Source: Azolla caroliniana (taxonomy: Eukaryota > Plantae > Polypodiophyta). From it: a stretch of 64,000 nt of DNA. Both the position numbers and the translations under genes were made by a program. Where the stretch lies: positions 23,746,001-23,810,000 of the forward strand of contig JBHGNT010000005.1 in the NCBI GenBank assembly GCA_043228905.1, in the 5' to 3' direction. Of this stretch, positions 60,434 through 64,000 are shown in pieces; the first letter of the stretch is position 1, and every line of letters begins with the position of its first letter. The notes beneath the pieces are model-generated. The model was not told where the DNA came from. It saw nothing but the letters and a program-made list of their open reading frames with translations, and searched no databases.

Positions 60434-63400
60434 AAAGCTCTCTGTAAGTTCACTCCGACCATCGTTTTCTACGTTCTATAGCTCGTTGGAAAGCTCTTTG
60501 AGAGAGCTTTCTAAAAAATGTTCATTTACTGAATTCCGTTACCGTGGCGAGAAGTTATGAGCATTTTCATCCGCAACCATCTTTTCCCCACGGTTCCTCA
60601 AACGGAAGGTATATTTTGAAGCCCTAAATCGAGTGAAAGGTACATTCTCTCTCCTTCCCTCTCTGTCTCTCTCTTCCCGTAGGGTTTGTCCCTACAATGG
60701 CAAATACTCGTAAAACCGCCGCAAAGTTCGGGGGTATGATTGATAATGAGCCGAGATCATCAACAAATCTCGATTTTAATGCAATGGACAAAATGCTTAT
60801 GAGTCACTTGATTTCTCTTCAAGAAACCATAAACAAGCAAGCTGAAGAGATTAGGACGTTAATGAAAGAGAATGCAAGTCTTAAACAACTGGTTGCAAAA
60901 CTTCAAGAAGAGATTCAAGAATGTAAAAGAGCTTCTTTCGAAACAAATGAGCGCCTTAACAAGATTGAGTTAAAGGAAGCATTAAAAGAAGAAAAATTGG
61001 ACACGATGAGGCGAGATGTAAGTGAGATGAAAAATGTATGTACAACGAAGTCATGGGCCGATGTATGTGGTGGGGATGTGCTATCAAACTCATCTAATAT
61101 GCATGTGATGCATCAAGAGAAGAATATAGAAAGCATAGATGTCCGAGAATTGAAAGAATGTGAACGACGATCAAAGAACATTGTCGTCCGTGGGATTAAA
61201 GAAGAGAGTATGGAAACACCTGCATCCCTTGGAAAGGCCATTGGTGAATTTTTTAGCATGCATTATGGGATGTCAGATGTGAATGTATATGGGGCACACC
61301 GAGTTGGGAAACATGGTGTTACTCGCTCCAGACAAAGGCCTATTGTATTCACAATGACAGATGATACAAAGCGGCGGATCATACTCGAAAATAGTTGGGT
61401 ATGCCTCAAAGGTACACAATGCTTTGTGAGTGAAGATCGTACTATCTCACAACAAAATGCTCGTCGTAAAGCATATGAAGAAAGATTGAAAAACAAGGTT
61501 AAGGATGTGCCTAAAGATGGAAATGTAGGCAAATAGGGACACGTGATCTATGAGACTAACCCACGCCTTTTACGACTATGCTTTTGGAATTGCAATGGAT
61601 ACCCATGGAATGCGGGATTTGGCATAGAGGAGTTCACCAATGACTCGGATATCACACTTCTTGTTGAAACATGGGAGCATGATACTCAAAGGATTCAAGG
61701 TTTAGGAAACTATAATGTACACTCTTTGATATGGAAGAAAAATCCAAGACAAAGAAGAGGACAAGGAGGGGTGGCATGTTTGATTAAGAAGGAAATAGAG
61801 AAATATGTGTCAATCATAAAAAATGATGAAAATAAATGCTACATATGGCTCAAAATAGAAACACCTAATGATTTGCCCACTTTTGTTGTTGGATGTTACA
61901 TTCCTCATCAAGATTCTAACTTTTATGCTTGTTTGGATAAAGATCAACCGTTTGCCAATCTAGAAGATGATATTGCTTATTTCAAATCCAAAGGGGAAGT
62001 TATTGTCTTTGGTGACATGAATGCTCGTACAAGAAGTTTCCAACTTGATTCACAAGAATCTTTCATGCCACATATCTCAAGGATGCAAGAGGATATGCAA
62101 ATGTATAACCGCTCTTCTAGCGATGAAAAAGATCCGGACCAATTTGGGAAGTTACTCCTACAAATGTGCAATAGTACTGGATTGCTTATTGCAAATGGTA
62201 TTTCCTTATGGCCCAACACTAATGGTTTTACATGTAGAAAATACAACGGAAATAGTGTGATTGATTATGTGCTACTTTCCGAAGGTATTTTGGATCGTAT
62301 ACATAAATTCTCACTTGGTGAATGGACACCGGAATCAGATCATAGGCCTTTATGTATTGATCTCAAATGTATGCATAGGTTTGATTGTGAGAAGGCTATT
62401 GAAGATAATAAACAACCGCTCTTGAGCATGAACCTTAAGCGAGCACCCATGTATTCCAAGATGGTTGAGGATATGTTACAAATGACAAAGATACAACATG
62501 GTGCCACACTAGAATGCAAATGGGAAGCTTTCAAGAAAGTCATTCTCTCATGTACAAACAAATGTTTTTCGACCAACCGCACATCTTGGAAATGCACCAA
62601 GAAACTTAGGAAAAAATGGTTTGATAAAGAATGTCGTGAAGCTCGAAAGTGCCTTATGGTTTTGGATGTAGTTAAGGATAAAGAGAATTACCAAAAGCAT
62701 TTGCATGAGTATAAAAGGCTTATTCAAAGAAAGAGAAGAATATGGGAAGTTACTCAACAATTTATCCAAATGCAAGAGAAAACACATGCACGTGCTAAAG
62801 TTTGGGGAAATTTAAAGGGGAAACGTGTTGAGAGTTATGGTGACTTAACTCTTCACGACTTGTCTATGCATTGTAAGAATTTATATGAGTTATCACTTGT
62901 TGGAAAGATTATGTGTTATGGTTCTCTTTCACATATGCCTCCCTTCTTTACAATTGAAGATATATGCATTGGACTTAAGAAATTGGCCTCGTGAAAGGCA
63001 AGCGATCTTCAATGTATAAAGGTTGAAATGCTCAAATGGATGGGAAAGGAAGCACATATATGGATAAACCATATGTTTAATGATGCATTGCAACATGGTA
63101 TGCCGTACGATTGGACTACAAATTGGATCAAACCTTTACATAAAGGTAGAGATATAAATAATGTAAACAACTATTGAACCATCATGGTTGACTCATTAAT
63201 GACAAAACTATTTGGATGTATAATGGAATCAAAGATAAGTGTATGGGCTGAAAAAAGTGGTGAGAGAGCTTATGGACAAGCTAGCTTTCGAAAACACCAT
63301 AGCACCATTGATCACCTTATCACCCTTCGATTATTAATGGAGGAAAGTCGCCTTAGAGGTAAAGGTTTATATTGTTGCTATGTAGACTTGAAGAAAGCTT

Positions 63401-64000
63401 TTGATATGGTACCTCGTGAGCATCTTTGGAGGTGCATGGAAGAACTTGAGGTGCCAAGTGAATATATGCTTGCAATTTCCCGAATTTATGAGAAGGTTAT
63501 ATGTTGTGTGCACATGAGAGATAAACTTTCAGATTTTTTCAAAAGCACTATTGGTGTTAAGCAAGGATGCCCACTCTCACCAACACTATTTGGTTTATTC
63601 ATTGATGAATCGGAAGAAATGGTTACCAAGTTTGCAAAGGAAGAATGTGTTGAAGAAGTTGCCATTGGGAATGTTGTGATTATGCTTTTGCTATATGCAG
63701 ATGATGTAGTGCTTTTTGCAAATACTTTAGGAGATGCACAAAAGCTTATGAAGGCATTGGAAAAAATTTGCATGCATACTAAATTAAGTGTCAATATCTC
63801 TAAAACAAAGATTATGCTTGTGAAGAGACAAAAAAGAGATAAACCATGCATTATGTACAACAATGAGCCACTTGAATGTGTGGAAAGCTTCAAATATGTT
63901 GGCCTTGAAGTTCCTTCAAATCATAGATGGAATGAATGTGCTACACGCCGCTTAGAGGTGGGTAAGCGAGCATACTATGCATTTGAGAACACATGCAATC
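60433..64000 (+). mobile_element. Second LINE copy in head-to-tail tandem (ORF1 60697-61536; ORF2 from 61543 with stops from 62992), running off the window
   Basis: Same 5' end CAAAGCTCTCTGTAAGTTC as 55771, directly after (CT)n. ORF1 has a 30-bp deletion. RT region is mutated. Confidence 0.93.

Overview
Eukaryotic, repeat-dominated plant nuclear DNA. The element repertoire (Tcn1-like chromoviruses, moss-type Gypsy/Copia, RTE-X-like LINEs) suggests a bryophyte or other seed-free plant; this is inference. Most of the window is nested, decayed LTR retrotransposons. Host-derived sequence is limited to one intact intronless dirigent-domain gene (51864-52448, -) and a processed RPL6 pseudogene (1501-2050). 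The standout is a 12.7-kb cut-and-paste DNA transposon at 17135-29855, with 25-bp TIRs starting GGG, a 4-bp TSD AGTA and a Sola2-like transposase, inserted into a chromovirus integrase. It carries a spliced RING-H2 gene and an FCP1/HAD-like pseudophosphatase exon. Two kb-sized arrays of the palindrome TAGCTAATTAGCTA each fill an intron, and the same palindrome sits beside both TIRs. The transposase and the RING gene each contain exactly one in-frame TGA, in an identical 12-nt context (AGA TGC TGA AAG), which may be a shared recoding signal. Also notable: tRNA-like Pol III A/B-box modules in chromovirus LTRs, and CT-microsatellite-associated LINEs in head-to-tail tandem. All calls were made by eye, without database searches.
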